Below, piece after piece: positions 1 through 13,031 of a stretch of 64,000 nucleotides of DNA. Positions within the stretch are counted from its first letter, which is position 1, and the number at the start of each line of letters is the position of its first letter. Made by a program: the position numbers and the translations under genes. Location: contig JBNJNM010000006.1 of the NCBI GenBank assembly GCA_052426225.1, positions 1,798,001-1,862,000 on the forward strand. Reading direction: 5' to 3'. Source of the DNA: Zancudomyces culisetae HAW-14-8 (lineage: Eukaryota; Fungi; Kickxellomycota). The notes under the pieces are model-generated. The model saw only the letters and a list, made by a program, of their open reading frames with translations. It was not told the DNA's origin and did no database searches.

Positions 1-2413
1 GGATTCGTTGATTCAATTGACAAGAAAGAATCCAAGAGCAGCTTTATATTTCTTGTTGGAACCCAACAACAACAACAACAACAACAACAACAGTAATAAT
101 AATAATAATAGCAATGTTAGCTTGATGAAGAGTAACGAGACATCAACATCAATTACAGGAGGAAATAATGAGCAAGTATCCAAGAGCCCATTAGTTGATC
201 TACTAATGTTATTACAACGGCCATTTTATTATGGATCAGATCCACAAATTACAGAATCACTGGTACACTTACTATCGCTAGTAACCAAGCCATTACCACT
301 ATGGGCAAAAGCACCAGCTAGCCACAAACATGATAGACAGTTGTTACTGCCAGTGATTCCAAAGCAGGCGTTAAAGGCGGTGGTGAATGTGTTGTGTGCA
401 GGGGAATGTACCAGCAAGACGTTGCAAAACACGTTGGTGCTGATTCAGCATTTGTTGTGTTTGGATAATGCGCTACCAGTGATAATGACCGAGTTGACGG
501 AATCGATATTTAAGCATATCGAGCTTGCGAGTCGGGATTTGGTTAAGCTTAATTTGTTGATGGAGAAGGAGGTCAAGGATTTGGATGATATTCAAAGGCT
601 GACACTTTCTTCTTTTACTTTGCCTTCTTCGCTACAGGCACGGATTTTGAGATTGCTTAAAGCTACTGATTATATTTTATCAAAGAAACGAACCAGTACA
701 ATTTTGAACGAAGAAGAACAAGAAAAAGAAAAAGAGAAAAAGGAAAAAGAGAAAAAAGAAAAAGAAAAAAATATGGAGATAGAAACAGAAACAGAAAAAG
801 GAGCAGAAAAAGAAAAAGAAAAAGGTACAGAAGCAACAACGTCAGTGGCATCAAATATTGCGGCCAAACTGACCGGTGATTATATCAAAGAGGTTGAAAA
901 GAGTTTGTGGAAATCGCCATTGTTTATAGAACTGTGGACATTGTTGGGAAAGAGTTTGACGTATATCCAACAAACACAGGACTTGACACATATGGCGTCA
1001 GTGTTATTACCATTAATAGAGTCGTTTATGGTAGTATCTAAACCTCATGTTCATCGACCCTCTTCAACTGGTTCTATTTCTTCTTCTCCTTCTGTTACAA
1101 CAACAACAACAACAAGTGGTAAATCTGAAGATTTATTGTTTTTGAATTTTACAGATACTCATAAAAAGATTCTCAATACGCTAGTCCGGTCCAATCCCAA
1201 CCTATTAAGTGGGTCGTTTTCGTTGTTGGTACACAACCCTCGGGTGCTTGAATTCGATAACAAGCGGTCGTATTTCTACCAAAAGTTGGCGACAGCAACG
1301 GTCAATGACGACAATCGGTACAGTGCAGTGACGCTGAATTTGAATGTTCGAAGACAGTATGTATTTGAAGACAGTTTCCACCAGTTTGCGGGTAAATCAG
1401 GGGCGGAAATCCGGCATGGGAAATTGAATGTCAAGTTTTATGAGGAGGAGGGAGTTGATGCAGGAGGCGTTACTAGAGAATGGTTTACGGTGCTTTCGCG
1501 GCAAATGTTTAATCCAGACTATGCGTTGTTCAAGCCTAGTGCTGCTGACAAGATTACGTACCAGCCAAATCCTCAGAGCTGGGCCAATCCGGACCATTTG
1601 TTGTATTTCAAATTTGTCGGTCGGATTATTGGCAAGGCTATTTGTGACCAACGGCTGTTTGATGCGTATTTTACACGGTCGTTCTACAAACATATGTTGG
1701 GAAGACCTGTGGATTATAAGGATATGGAGGCGGTTGATCCGGAATATTTCAAGTCGCTGCAGTGGATTTTGGACAATGATATAACCGATATTGTTGACGA
1801 GACATTTTCGGTGCATGTCGATGATTTTGGCCAGTTGCGTATTGTAGATTTGATACCTGATGGCCGAAACATTCCCGTTACTCAAGAGAATAAAGTCGAG
1901 TATGTGCGGCTGGTATCTGAACAGAGACTGACCGTTGCTATCCAGGACCAAATCAATGCCTTCCTTGAAGGCTTCCACGAACTGGTTCCCAAGGACCTGA
2001 TTCAGATAATGAACGAGCAAGAGGTCGAGCTGTTGATTAGTGGGCTGCCTGATATCGACGTGGACGATTGGAGGAACAATACCGAGTACCACGGCGGGTA
2101 TTCAAGTTCCTGTGTGCAAATCCAGTGGTTCTGGAGGGCTGTGCGAGCCTTTGACCAGGAAGAACGCGCCAAGCTGTTGCAGTTTGTTACTGGAACTAGC
2201 AAAGTTCCATTGGAAGGCTTTTCCAAATTGCAGGGAAGTGGTGGGTACCAGAAATTCCAAATTCACAAGGATTTCAGTTCCAATTTGAGATTGCCTAGTG
2301 CCCATACTTGCTTTAATCAATTGGATCTGCCTCTTTATGAATCCTATGAGGTTTTACGTGATCAGTTATTGACCGCTATTTCTGAATGTAGTACTGGTTT
2401 TGGTTTTAGCTAG
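1..2413 (+). CDS. TOM1: HECT-type E3 ubiquitin ligase TOM1/HUWE1 family, 5'-partial
   Basis: C-terminal HECT domain: VLEFDNKR, EEGVDAGGVTREWF, FKFVGRIIGKA, LLQFVTGTSKVP, catalytic LPSAHTCFNQLDLP, terminal GFGF. The frame is open to the window edge. Confidence 0.93.
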   Translation, partial: DSLIQLTRKNPRAALYFLLEPNNNNNNNNNSNNNNNSNVSLMKSNETSTSITGGNNEQVSKSPLVDLLMLLQRPFYYGSDPQITESLVHLLSLVTKPLPLWAKAPASHKHDRQLLLPVIPKQALKAVVNVLCAGECTSKTLQNTLVLIQHLLCLDNALPVIMTELTESIFKHIELASRDLVKLNLLMEKEVKDLDDIQRLTLSSFTLPSSLQARILRLLKATDYILSKKRTSTILNEEEQEKEKEKKEKEKKEKEKNMEIETETEKGAEKEKEKGTEATTSVASNIAAKLTGDYIKEVEKSLWKSPLFIELWTLLGKSLTYIQQTQDLTHMASVLLPLIESFMVVSKPHVHRPSSTGSISSSPSVTTTTTTSGKSEDLLFLNFTDTHKKILNTLVRSNPNLLSGSFSLLVHNPRVLEFDNKRSYFYQKLATATVNDDNRYSAVTLNLNVRRQYVFEDSFHQFAGKSGAEIRHGKLNVKFYEEEGVDAGGVTREWFTVLSRQMFNPDYALFKPSAADKITYQPNPQSWANPDHLLYFKFVGRIIGKAICDQRLFDAYFTRSFYKHMLGRPVDYKDMEAVDPEYFKSLQWILDNDITDIVDETFSVHVDDFGQLRIVDLIPDGRNIPVTQENKVEYVRLVSEQRLTVAIQDQINAFLEGFHELVPKDLIQIMNEQEVELLISGLPDIDVDDWRNNTEYHGGYSSSCVQIQWFWRAVRAFDQEERAKLLQFVTGTSKVPLEGFSKLQGSGGYQKFQIHKDFSSNLRLPSAHTCFNQLDLPLYESYEVLRDQLLTAISECSTGFGFS

Positions 2414-2676
2414 TTTAATACTTTTATTATTTATCACTTTTATATATATATATATATTTATTTATTTATTTTATATACTAACAACAAATAAAATCTTGTT
2501 TTCAACAACATTCTTGTAATATTTCAAAATACAATTATAAATTTTGTACATTAAAAAAAAATAAAGAGAAAAGGGGAGGAGTGGTGAAGTGAGGAGAGAA
2601 GTGAAGGGTGAAACTAAATAATGATAATAAAAAATAAAAAAGAGAGAGAGAGAGAGAGAGAGACATTTTAAAAATG

Positions 2677-3579
2677 TCAAGCTTTTGGTGCATTAGGATG
2701 TCTGAGTTTGGGTAATTGTGTCATTGATAATGAAGAACCCTGTTGTTGCTGTTGTTGATGTTGTTGTTGTTGCTGACTAGATGTAATACCAGTATTCATG
2801 TTTACTTGCTGAAAATTGATACTTGTAGGTGTTTTGGATTTCATTCTAGCAACATCGTTTTGTAGCCCGACTCGTGTGCCATTACCACTACTATTACTGA
2901 GATTAACCATATTCTTTAATGTTGCTTTTGTTGATGATGAACGGGAGTAAAGTGTATTGCTATCTATAAATATTATATTATACAATTGATTAAATATTAT
3001 TTCCAAGTTTTGCTTTGAAAAAAATACATTTAAATAAATAAATAAATGGATAGATAGGTAGGTAGGTAGATAGGTAGAGGAATATGTTTTACCTGGTGAA
3101 GGTACACGGTCAGCAGTAGCACGACGGATAACCACGGGTGCTGTATAAGCGCTAATAACAAAGTCGCCAGTCGAGGAATTATTAACGCGTTCAGCCACAT
3201 GCCGCTTGGTATGTTCAAGCAATTCACGTTTGTTTTCATAAACACAAATACAAGATCCATAATCCCCAATTCTATAAGATACCGAATGAGGGTCACACCA
3301 AATAGTCAGGTCCTTGGGCAGGTTTGCCGACAGAATCGTGGGGTTGATATTTGCCATTTTCGCCGCCTTTATGATAATCGGATCTACCCGCGACCAAATC
3401 GTCAATGCTCGATATGCCGACCCCTTGGTCGGTGTTTGGGGGTACCAGTGTCCATTGTATCGTTTGGTTAGCTCGGTTGTCAGTGCCGATCGTAGGCCGC
3501 TTCGGCTTTGACTGTTAAGGTCGGAATCTGGAATCTTTGACAATATAAAATCAATAGCCTGATCTATTTCCTTTTGCAT
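2677..3579 (-). CDS. BTG/Tob family anti-proliferative protein; exons 3579-3093 and 2963-2677
   Basis: MQKEI...RYNGHWYPQTPTKGSAYRAL (box A) and LPKDLTIWCDPHSVSYRIGD (box B). ATG at 3579. A GT-AG intron at 3092-2964 (129 nt) removes the low-complexity KTYSSTYLP... stretch. Confidence 0.85.
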   Translation of the reverse strand: MQKEIDQAIDFILSKIPDSDLNSQSRSGLRSALTTELTKRYNGHWYPQTPTKGSAYRALTIWSRVDPIIIKAAKMANINPTILSANLPKDLTIWCDPHSVSYRIGDYGSCICVYENKRELLEHTKRHVAERVNNSSTGDFVISAYTAPVVIRRATADRVPSPGKTYSSTYLPTYLSIHLFIYLNVFFSKQNLEIIFNQLYNIIFIDSNTLYSRSSSTKATLKNMVNLSNSSGNGTRVGLQNDVARMKSKTPTSINFQQVNMNTGITSSQQQQQHQQQQQQGSSLSMTQLPKLRHPNAPKA

Positions 3580-3684
3580 CCTTATTTTCTTTTTCTTTTT
3601 CTTTTTGTTTTTCTCTTTATTTGGCAATTTGAAAAATCAAGAATTTGGATTAAAATTCAAATTAAAGGGGGGGGGGGAAGGGGG

Positions 3685-3749
3685 GGTTGAGTTTGTTGGT
3701 TGAGTTTGTTGGTTGAGTTTGTTGGTTGAGTTTGTTGGTTGAGTTTGTT
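3685..3749. repeat. 13-bp minisatellite (GGTTGAGTTTGTT)x5 upstream of BTG/Tob
   Basis: Five perfect tandem units read directly. Confidence 0.9.
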
Positions 3750-6700
3750 TGTTTGTTTAAAAATGAAAAGTAAAAGCATAAATATAAAGTATAAAAATAA
3801 AAATAAAAAAAAGAGGTATATATGTGTGTTTTTTTTTTGTGTGTATTTGTAGTTAGGTAATAGTTGCAAAATATAAAAATAGAAATAGATATAGGTATAG
3901 GTATAGGTAGATATAATAAAGGGTATAAAATAATTAGTATTTAAATACACAAATTTCTACTTTTTTTAATATTATTTTTTTTATTTTTTTATTTTGTCCT
4001 TACATTTATTAATGTGCATGAATAAAAAAATCCAACCCAAATTTATGGATTATTAAACAGCTTTTTCTCTATTTGACGAATTCCATTTTTATTGAATTTC
4101 AAACACATTAGATTTCCCACTCCCTTCCTCCGCTTTCCTTTTTTTTCTTGTTCTTTCTTTTATTCTTGTTCTTTCTTTCTCTCCCACCCCACCCCACCCC
4201 TCCTGCCCCTCCTGCCCCTTCCCCCCTCCCCCCATCATTGTTACATTCTCCCTTATTTATTTTATTTTATTTTATTTGTCTATTAAAAATTAAATATAAC
4301 TTTAAACTGTAAAAATTTAGTTTTATTACATCCCTGAACATTAAAACTGGAACTTGAAGAGGACCCACGCCATCTTACACCATCAATCCAACCAAACTCC
4401 ACCCCTCCTTCTTTCTTTTTACTTCTCCTCACTCTTTCCTTTCCTCTTCCTCTTCCTCTTCCTCTTTCTCTTCCAAACCCATATCCACACCCACACTTTC
4501 ACTCACTCCGTTCTCGGTTTATTTTGAATCCACATATTTCCATTCATTCATTTATCCATTTATCTTTCTTTTTCCTACTTCACGTTCAATATTCCCCTTC
4601 TCCCCTCTCCTCCCCGTAGTGTTTTTATTTTTATTTTTATTTTTTTGAAAATAGGAAATAGGAAATAGGAAATAATTATCATTAAACATCAAATTCAAAT
4701 CTTAAACTCGATATACTTTCTAGGATTAAATCTTTTTCATCTCATCTCAATCCATCACATCCCATCCCATCTCATTATATTTAAATTTTAGCTATTAACA
4801 ATACTTTTACTTATATAATGACAATAAACTTGGATATTTCCCTGCGTACTTTGTATAATTATCAGGTTTATATTTTTAATAATTTGAATAATTTGAATAT
4901 TTTTTATTTGTAAATTAGGTAAGAATATTCTGGTATTTATTTGCTTTTTAAATCTTGTGATCATTATATACAAAAAATAAAATAAAATAATATAATATAA
5001 TATAAAATAATATAAAAGCAAATAACCTGACGGAATTTTTTTTATTGCATTGCATTATATCATACATATTGCATGTCACGCTTTCCATTTACAAGCCATA
5101 AACTGTATAATTCGCTACCAAAAAGTATTGGTTATTTATTTACTAGTAACAAGGAATAACATACAATACTTTGCCTTTCACTAATATACTCTCCACCAAC
5201 CCTCAATCTTCAGCCCCTCTCTTTTCTGTTTATCAAGTTCCCGTACCCTACATCTATAATATCTTTATTAAATTAAAATACGTTTCAAGTGGACGGAGTC
5301 TATAATCACACCTAGAATAACTCACAATTTGTCCAAAAAATAAAAACTTTGTATTATATTAAAATTAATATTAAAAATAAAATTAAAAGGAACGAACCGA
5401 TGCTAGGATATTAATATTATCCAACCATCACTACCATCACTCATAGTACACTCTACTTCTACTTCTCCATCTCTATCTCCATTTTCCTCTCATCTACTTT
5501 GAATTCGCTTAATAGTACCACTGGAATGGGCTACTATTTAAATTATAGAGATTTGAATACTTGTTTTTTACAAGCTAGGAAATAAGAGACTACTTGTACA
5601 AGTCATATTCCCAAATACAAAACTTTTATATTGTAACTTTTATTTTATTTTTAGACTGAAAAGAAAAAAGCAATGTCCATCAAACAAAAATGTAAATTGA
5701 GATTATTGACTTTTTTTTTCTTTTTTTCTTTTTTTTCTTTTGTCTTGTTTTTTTATTTCATTTCGTGATTTTTAATACTTTATATGTTTTTATTTAATGA
5801 AAAATTTAAATAAATAACCAAGTTTATCAACCAACTTTAAATTGTGATTAAATTACTAGCTTTTTTCACGTTATTTCAAGAGTATGTTTGTAGATGTTTA
5901 TAAATTATTGGATATTTTACATTTTAAATTCCCTATTATGTGCTCTTTTTGGAAAGCAAAAAAAAAATAAGTAAAAAAATAATAATACAAAAATTACTAG
6001 AGTGAATTGAACGATGGCAAGTAAGGGGGGAGGAGAGGGAGCGAGAGGAAAAGGAGTTTTGGGGGGAAAAATAAAAAATCTTAAAAAATCACACTATAGA
6101 ATTTCTGAACTTTCATTTCCTGTTTTATTTATGTTTATGGTAAATTATCGAATCTTTTAAAAATAATTGTTCACAATTTATCCACAATAATTTTTGTTAT
6201 TGTTGATATATCCAAAAAAAAGTTTGTTTTTTTTTGTATATATTTATTTATTATAGTGTTAAAGAACTAATATATATTGGAAAATAACACTCTTGATATT
6301 GACCAACAAGCTAAAAGAATTTTTTTTTACAAGAGATTAAACTGATTTGTCGAGTATTATTGAATTAGATTATACAAGCAACTAGTCGTTTATTGTTTTG
6401 GTTTATTTGTTTTTTTTTGAATAATATATAGATTTCAACTAGAAATCCAAACCAAATCAACCATTTTCAAAAAAATAAATATATCAAGACAATATAAAGG
6501 AGAAAACAAAAATACAGAGAAACCTAACTAGTATCTAGCTACGGATTTTTACATAGTAGTGGTAAATAATTTTGGAATTAAAGGAAAAGGGCGGATCCAC
6601 ACGAGTCAAAAAAAACAATCACAGTGATTGTTTTATAATTTATATTAAGAGGGTTATCGATTTAGAGAGCGAGAGAAGGCGAAAGAGTACAAGAAAATAA

Positions 6701-6902
6701 AGTAAAGAAAAAAGGAGTACAAGAATATTAATCAATGTGTAAATAACAAAAAGAAAAAAAATCTTTTCGTCCAGCTAAATTTATTAAAATTGCGATTCAA
6801 TTTGGAAAATAAATGAAAAAGACAAAGGACAAGGAAGAAAGAGCAAATTGGGACGAACATATAAAAGAAACTGAGACCAAGAGGTTTAAAAAGGGATAAA
6901 AG

Positions 6903-9900
6903 ATGACAGAAAAAAGCACTCGGATTAGAATACTAGGGATACCAAACAATACAAGTATAAACACGAATAATCTGGGACATGGGAGAACAATGATAAATAA
7001 CATCAAGGATAAGCAAGCAGTAATTGAAAATAAAAACCTAAGGGCACGAGAGGGAGAAAGAGATGTACAGATTAACGAGAATAAAAGCAATAAGAGGGTA
7101 GCACGGGAGCAGCAGGAGGAAGGAGAAGAGGAGCGGGAAGAGGGGGAGGGGGAGGGGGAGGGTTTAATGGATGAGGAAAGTAGGGTGAGAAGGGCAATAG
7201 ACAAGCTTCCAGAAGTTAAAGAAGGGACAGTTCCATTGACGCAGGTGATAGATGGGGTGGTGAATGCAGCATATACCGAGTTGGTAAATTTAATAGAGAC
7301 GATGCCGAGTATGGAAGAAGAGGCAAAGAAGCGGGTGGCGCTCGAGTATACGTTTCAGCAGCGAAGTAATTTTGTCAAGTTGGCGGCAATAGTGCGGTGG
7401 GCACACAATGCAGACAAAGTACAGCGGGCGACAAACATTATAGCGTTTCTGCAGGAGCAGAATGCGACGTTTGTGCGGGCAGTGGATGGGTTGTATGGGA
7501 TAAGCCTGTTGTTATCACAGAACCGAGTGAGAGAATATGATTTGAGGAATTCGATAGATGTGAGTACTAAGCGGATGTTTTTGGGATTTCCCGAGTCGAT
7601 GAAAAACAAGTATATCCGACCCAAGGAGTTGACAGTAAAGGAAAAGCTAAAGAGTATCAAAACTATAGAAGACAATATTCGAAATCGGTTACTTTTACAC
7701 GATACAATTCCAATAGCGATGCGGGATTTCCAAGTGGAAAGCGGACGAGTAAAGTTTGTGGTAAGCAACGAGTTTGAAGTTACGCTTACGCTATTGCAAT
7801 TTAGTAGACGGGTTCCGTGGCATGTGATTGAGGCAAAAGTATTGGTGAGCGGAGAGGAGGAGATGGTGGCCGAAATGAAACCAACAATAGACAAAGCACA
7901 GAGCAAAAAGTTGGTTGGAGTGTGTCAGAATGTATTAATTGGAGCAGAACTTGAGGCACAAGCATTAGCACGAGTAGAAGAAGAGATAGAGGAAGCACTC
8001 GGAGAAGGAAGATTGGGAATGGATAACGAGACAGGAATGGAAGTAGAAGTGGATGCGGATGCGGATGCAAAAGCAAAAACAGAAGCAGAAGCAAGGATAG
8101 AAAGCAGGCGGATTGAAGCGAGAAAAATACGAGAGAAACTTGCAGCAACAGTTCCTCCGCTGGCACAATTGTACGATTTTTTGCATATGTATAGTCTGCA
8201 AATAATGCTGGAAACAATGTACTTACAGGCAATGGTATTGGCACAAAACAACTATACTCGACATTTGCAGGTGGAAATGGATGCCGGGAGAACAACGCTG
8301 ACTATTAGGTACTGGGTATCACGAGTAGCAGCAACAGCACTACCTCCGCAGACAATGAGAAGTGGAGGAGAGACGAGGGCAAACAAGGAGATGATAGGAG
8401 TGGTGGGGAACAATTATTTGCGGATACGAATGCGTACACTGAATGTAGAGCGGGCAGACCATGCAGGAGTTAGAGGAGAGACGAACAAATACATTGAGGC
8501 ATTGGAGGCAAAGCAGGGAAATAGCGAGTTGGTGAGGGAATTGAAGATACGAGAAGCAAAGAAAAAAACGCTGGCGACAAAGACAGGGTTGATGGTTGAG
8601 TGGAGAGCCAATTCAGGGCTACAAACGGAAGTCTGGCATAGCGAGCCAAAGTATGGAGATGTGAAGGACGTAGTGGGAGATGAAATGATTGAGATGGATT
8701 CTACACAGCTGAATGTTGAAAAGATACTTGTGCAAGTGTTGAAGCGACACAGCCGGGCGATAATATTGGAGTTGAAAGAGGTAATGACAAAAGCAGACCA
8801 CATGGACAATGCGGATATTGAGGTGGTGACAATTGAAGACAACTATTATGAAAAGGACATTGAAATGTTGCGGGTTTGGTATCGGAGCCGAGAGTCTGCC
8901 GTTGATATTTCGGTAGATGTGGTTACAGGCAGATTGCGGGTGAGTGCGTCGGCTGCCAGCACAGCCAGTTCGCATTCGGTTACGGATAGCGATATTTTGG
9001 GGCGGATGGAAAATGCATTGAATCAGCGGCCGTGGCGATTGTGTGAGATGGTGTTGGAGTTGCGGTGGATTTCGACACTTAAGGATATCGATTGGCTGGT
9101 GCAAAACACGGCAGGAATCGAGCCGGCAGTGTTGAATCCCAAGAGTGTATATGTAAATGTATATGGATACAACAAGCAGGGTAGCCGATTAAACCAAATT
9201 CCATTGTTGCTGAGCGAGTATGACAAGAATAGATTGGTTGAGCAGATAGCTCATGTCAAGAACATTGAGTTTATTCGCATTATCCGCATCCAAAACATCA
9301 GTGTCTTTGCCAACACGAATGATTTCAAGTGGTTTATTCTTGTTAGTTTGAACCAAGAACTCAAGTTTTATCTACTCCAACTTGCTCCCAACCCGGTCAA
9401 ATCCGAATACGACGAACTGGTTTCCATCTCCAATTTGGATGTAAATGGAATTCTAAAACACTTGCAACAAATGGGTGGCGATACGACAGTTCAGCATTTA
9501 GATTCTGCGGCGTGGATTTCCGCAGTGTTGCAAGGGAGATCCAAAATCCCTCGCCAGTTTCTGGGCAAGCTGTTGCAGGAATGCCGTGGTGTGATCGGGT
9601 ATCGTACCGTGTTGAACCAGCTTAAGGCAATGAATATGGTTTATGGAGTTTATCAAGATGCATTTTCTACAGATATGCCAAAACCAAACCCGCCTTGTGT
9701 TTATATTCCGATTTCGTCTCTTTTATCTGCTTCAAAACTTGATTCTTCTCTGTTGGATTTTGGAAATATCCAGCTACATTTGGATAAAATGGTTGCTTTG
9801 AAAATAACCAAAGTTACCGAACTTCCTCAGCGAATTGCTAGTAAACACAACCATGACAAGTACTGTGTTGTTGCCGAAATTCCTATTCCTGTTGCGGCTA

Positions 9901-11540
9901 TTCCAGCAAAGCTTTTGAAAATATACTCTACGTATAGTTTTTATTCTGATTTTAATGCCAATGTTTCTGGAAATTTTGGCGGTAGAGACGGATTTGTAGT
10001 CATCAGGGTAGCTTATATGCGTCTGCAAACGGCAGTAGTACAGCTCTTATATACGTGGATTCAGCTGACGCTAGTGAATTCCTTGTCGAGACATCTTTCC
10101 ATTGGCCGGAACATTTCGTTTGAACTGATTAGCAGTACCACTTGTAAGTTTTTGGGCAATTCAAAGGCATCTGAACCTACTGTCAGTGGAAGCAGTGGTC
10201 CCAAACTAACTGTTGAAACTGGTATTGTTCCCAATCTTTATCTAAGCTATTACTGCTCTTCTGTGCCTAAAAAATCTATTACTACTCTTAATTATGATGT
10301 TGCTTTTTGTACAAAACACGATTCTGCTACTCCTAGCGAATACCAACCATTTATTTGCTCCAACAAGTGCAAATCTACAACTAGGTGTTCTTCTTGTGCC
10401 TCCAATTTGGCTCTCGACTTGTTATTTTCCTCCTCCTCCTCCAACTCCTCCTCCTTCAATAATAATAATAACAACAACAACAACAACAACAACAAAAATA
10501 GCGCAAATATTAAATACATGCTGGGTCAAATTTGTGGAATGTTCAAGAGTTATCTTGTTTACTACAAGATTCTACTGAATTCAAACCATAGCCATAACCA
10601 TAACCATAACCATAACTATAACTATAAAAAAGGGTTTAGCAATAACCCGGAATTGGGTCTTTTGAACCTAAATGCCTTTTTGAATATTGTAACAGCATCC
10701 TACAACTGCCTGTTGTATTCTTGTCGTTCATCGGTGTTTACCAAAAATCCATGTTCGCTCCTAATTGATCCTGCAACATACGATTCATTCCTGACAAACC
10801 TTAATTCCAGTGATGATGCGATTGTTCGGTTGTTTGGAAGCGGCCAACCAGCTCAGGTGTCAATTGAAATTCTTTCAAAATCTGCAGTATCCTTTCAGTA
10901 CTATATTGCCAATGCTCATTTATTGACGGTTGAGAAATATTCATCAGATGTGTTTTTGGTATCGCTAAAAGAACGCAAGGTTTGTGATTCCCAAGGATCA
11001 TTAGATATCAAAGTACAAGAATGTGGATGTAAAAATTTGGAATTTGATTTGAGTTCCCATTTCAGTTCCAATCTTGGTTCTAATTCAAATCCGGATTCGG
11101 TTTTATATTCGCATGTACAGTCAGCAGTTACCCACAAATCGGGTTGTCGAGCATCTGAATCAACTACGTATTTCGATCCTCTAAACTATTCACAGTTTGT
11201 AGATTTTGTGTTGGCTAGAGGATTTGGAGTTAAGGCAAGTGGGGTGATCGCAATTGATCAGAAAAAGTATAATCTTTTAATTTCCAAACCAAACCTTTCT
11301 GCCTTTATGCTCCATTTTGTACATTATGTTTATACAACCACGGTATGGAATTCATCGCTATTCCCTACTCACCTTGGCTATCGTCATCGCCTTCTCGACT
11401 CAACTTCCAACGATGCCACCAATAGTAATGAGCTTGGGTGGAAATTTGCATATTGTCAAACAAACTATTTGTGGAATATTTATAACAAGTATGTTCATTT
11501 TAGAGTGTTTCCATCAAATGAACAAATCATTACTGACAAA

Positions 11541-11572
<32 letters not shown>

Positions 11573-13031
11573 GAAGGATTCTTGTTTAGATTTTTTTTAT
11601 GTTTCTCATAAACTTAAAATTGTCAAGTTGGCCAAAACTAACCAAAATCAAATAACCGAGGAGGATAAACTAACACAGCGTCTCAACCAATTGGTTTTGG
11701 ATTATTCCACCACACAAACAAATTCAAACTTGGCATTCTCGATGGTTTCCAATTTTATCGTCAACCTATTTAGTTTGAGAACCCGACAGTACCTTTTGCT
11801 TTTCCTATCATTACTTGCGACTAATAAGAATCCAACTGATGGTTGTTCCAATGATATATTGGAGGATAGTGCTGGTGAACAGGGTGAACAAGGTGGTGGA
11901 GATATTTACCGGATATTAAAAGTCAAATCTGATACTGTCTTGTCGCCACTTTCCTCCTCCTCCTCCTCTTCTTCTTCAATGGATATTTTATCGTCCTTGA
12001 AAACAAATCCGGTCTTGGCTACACAACCAGCATTTTTGGTTGACAAAGTTGTGGATGATATTGAATTCCCAGTGCTTTTAACAAACGAATTTGCAAATGC
12101 TGGCAAATTGGTTGATTATCGATACATCAAAACAACTGAAAATGGCACTGATGCTGATGCTGATGCTGATGGGTTTGGTAATAATTCTGGATATTTCTTG
12201 GTGACGTTTAAATTCCTCTTGAAAGAAAAGACGACTGAATCTATTAAAAATGTTGAAACTAATGAGGGACAAAGTACATCAACAACAACAACAACTACTA
12301 CTACTATAGTAGATGATCAAAATGCTGATTCTGGTGTCACAGAGATGCAAGTTGACTCTACTATACAACCACAATCACAACCAGATGTTAAACAAACACA
12401 TTCACAACCTGTATTTTTGCCACTGAGAATATACGATATTCCAGATTCGCAAAGCGACGAGAAAAAGATTAAATTCGAAATTGATACAGAGCTATTCACC
12501 CGTTTAAACCAACTACAAGTGGACGGCGATGTTGCAGAAGTAGATACAACTGAACAAAACATGAACGAGGTGGTACTGGATTATTTGCAAAACAGGATCA
12601 AGTTGTTATTAGAGACTATTTTGAATGGTGTTTATGGTATTTCGGCAAAACCAGTGTCAGCTTGTCAAGATGGTGGTAGTAACAGTGGTAGTGGGAATGA
12701 TCAAAATGATCAAAAAGTTGAAAATCTGGTTGATGTAGAAATGAAATCAGTGCCAGAAGGAAATCAAAATCAAAATCAAAATCAAAATCAAAATCAAAAT
12801 GTGGTAAAAGTTGAGGAAACATCGAAGCAAGATGATAAACCCATGACCTCTGTAGAGCCCATTGACGTTGATGCCATTACAACCACAACCACAACCACAA
12901 CCACAGATACAGAGACAAATACAGCAAATGTTACAACTAGTGAGAATACTAAATTAACAACCAGCTCTCCACGTATACACGAGTTTGATTTGGGTGGGAT
13001 ACTGGCTAGTATATTAATTTATTTATTCTAA
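6903..13031 (+). CDS. MED14: Mediator of RNA polymerase II transcription subunit 14 (Rgr1), long divergent C-terminus
   Basis: N-terminal Med14 domain: VPLTQVIDGVVNAAYTELVNLIETMP...RSNFVKLAAIVRWA...IRNRL...GRVKFVVSNEFEVTLT, then QLYDFLH...LETMYLQA. 2042-aa intronless ORF; the true start may be a downstream ATG. Confidence 0.85.

Noticed and set aside
1397-2092. 231-aa antisense ORF within the HECT gene (and similar ones in MED14, gag-pol and CDC6)
   Set aside because: No recognisable domains; explained by codon bias of the sense gene.
3657-6800. Short Phe/Ile/Tyr-rich ORFs in the BTG-MED14 intergenic region (also 13.2-15 kb)
   Set aside because: Translations of AT-rich low-complexity DNA.
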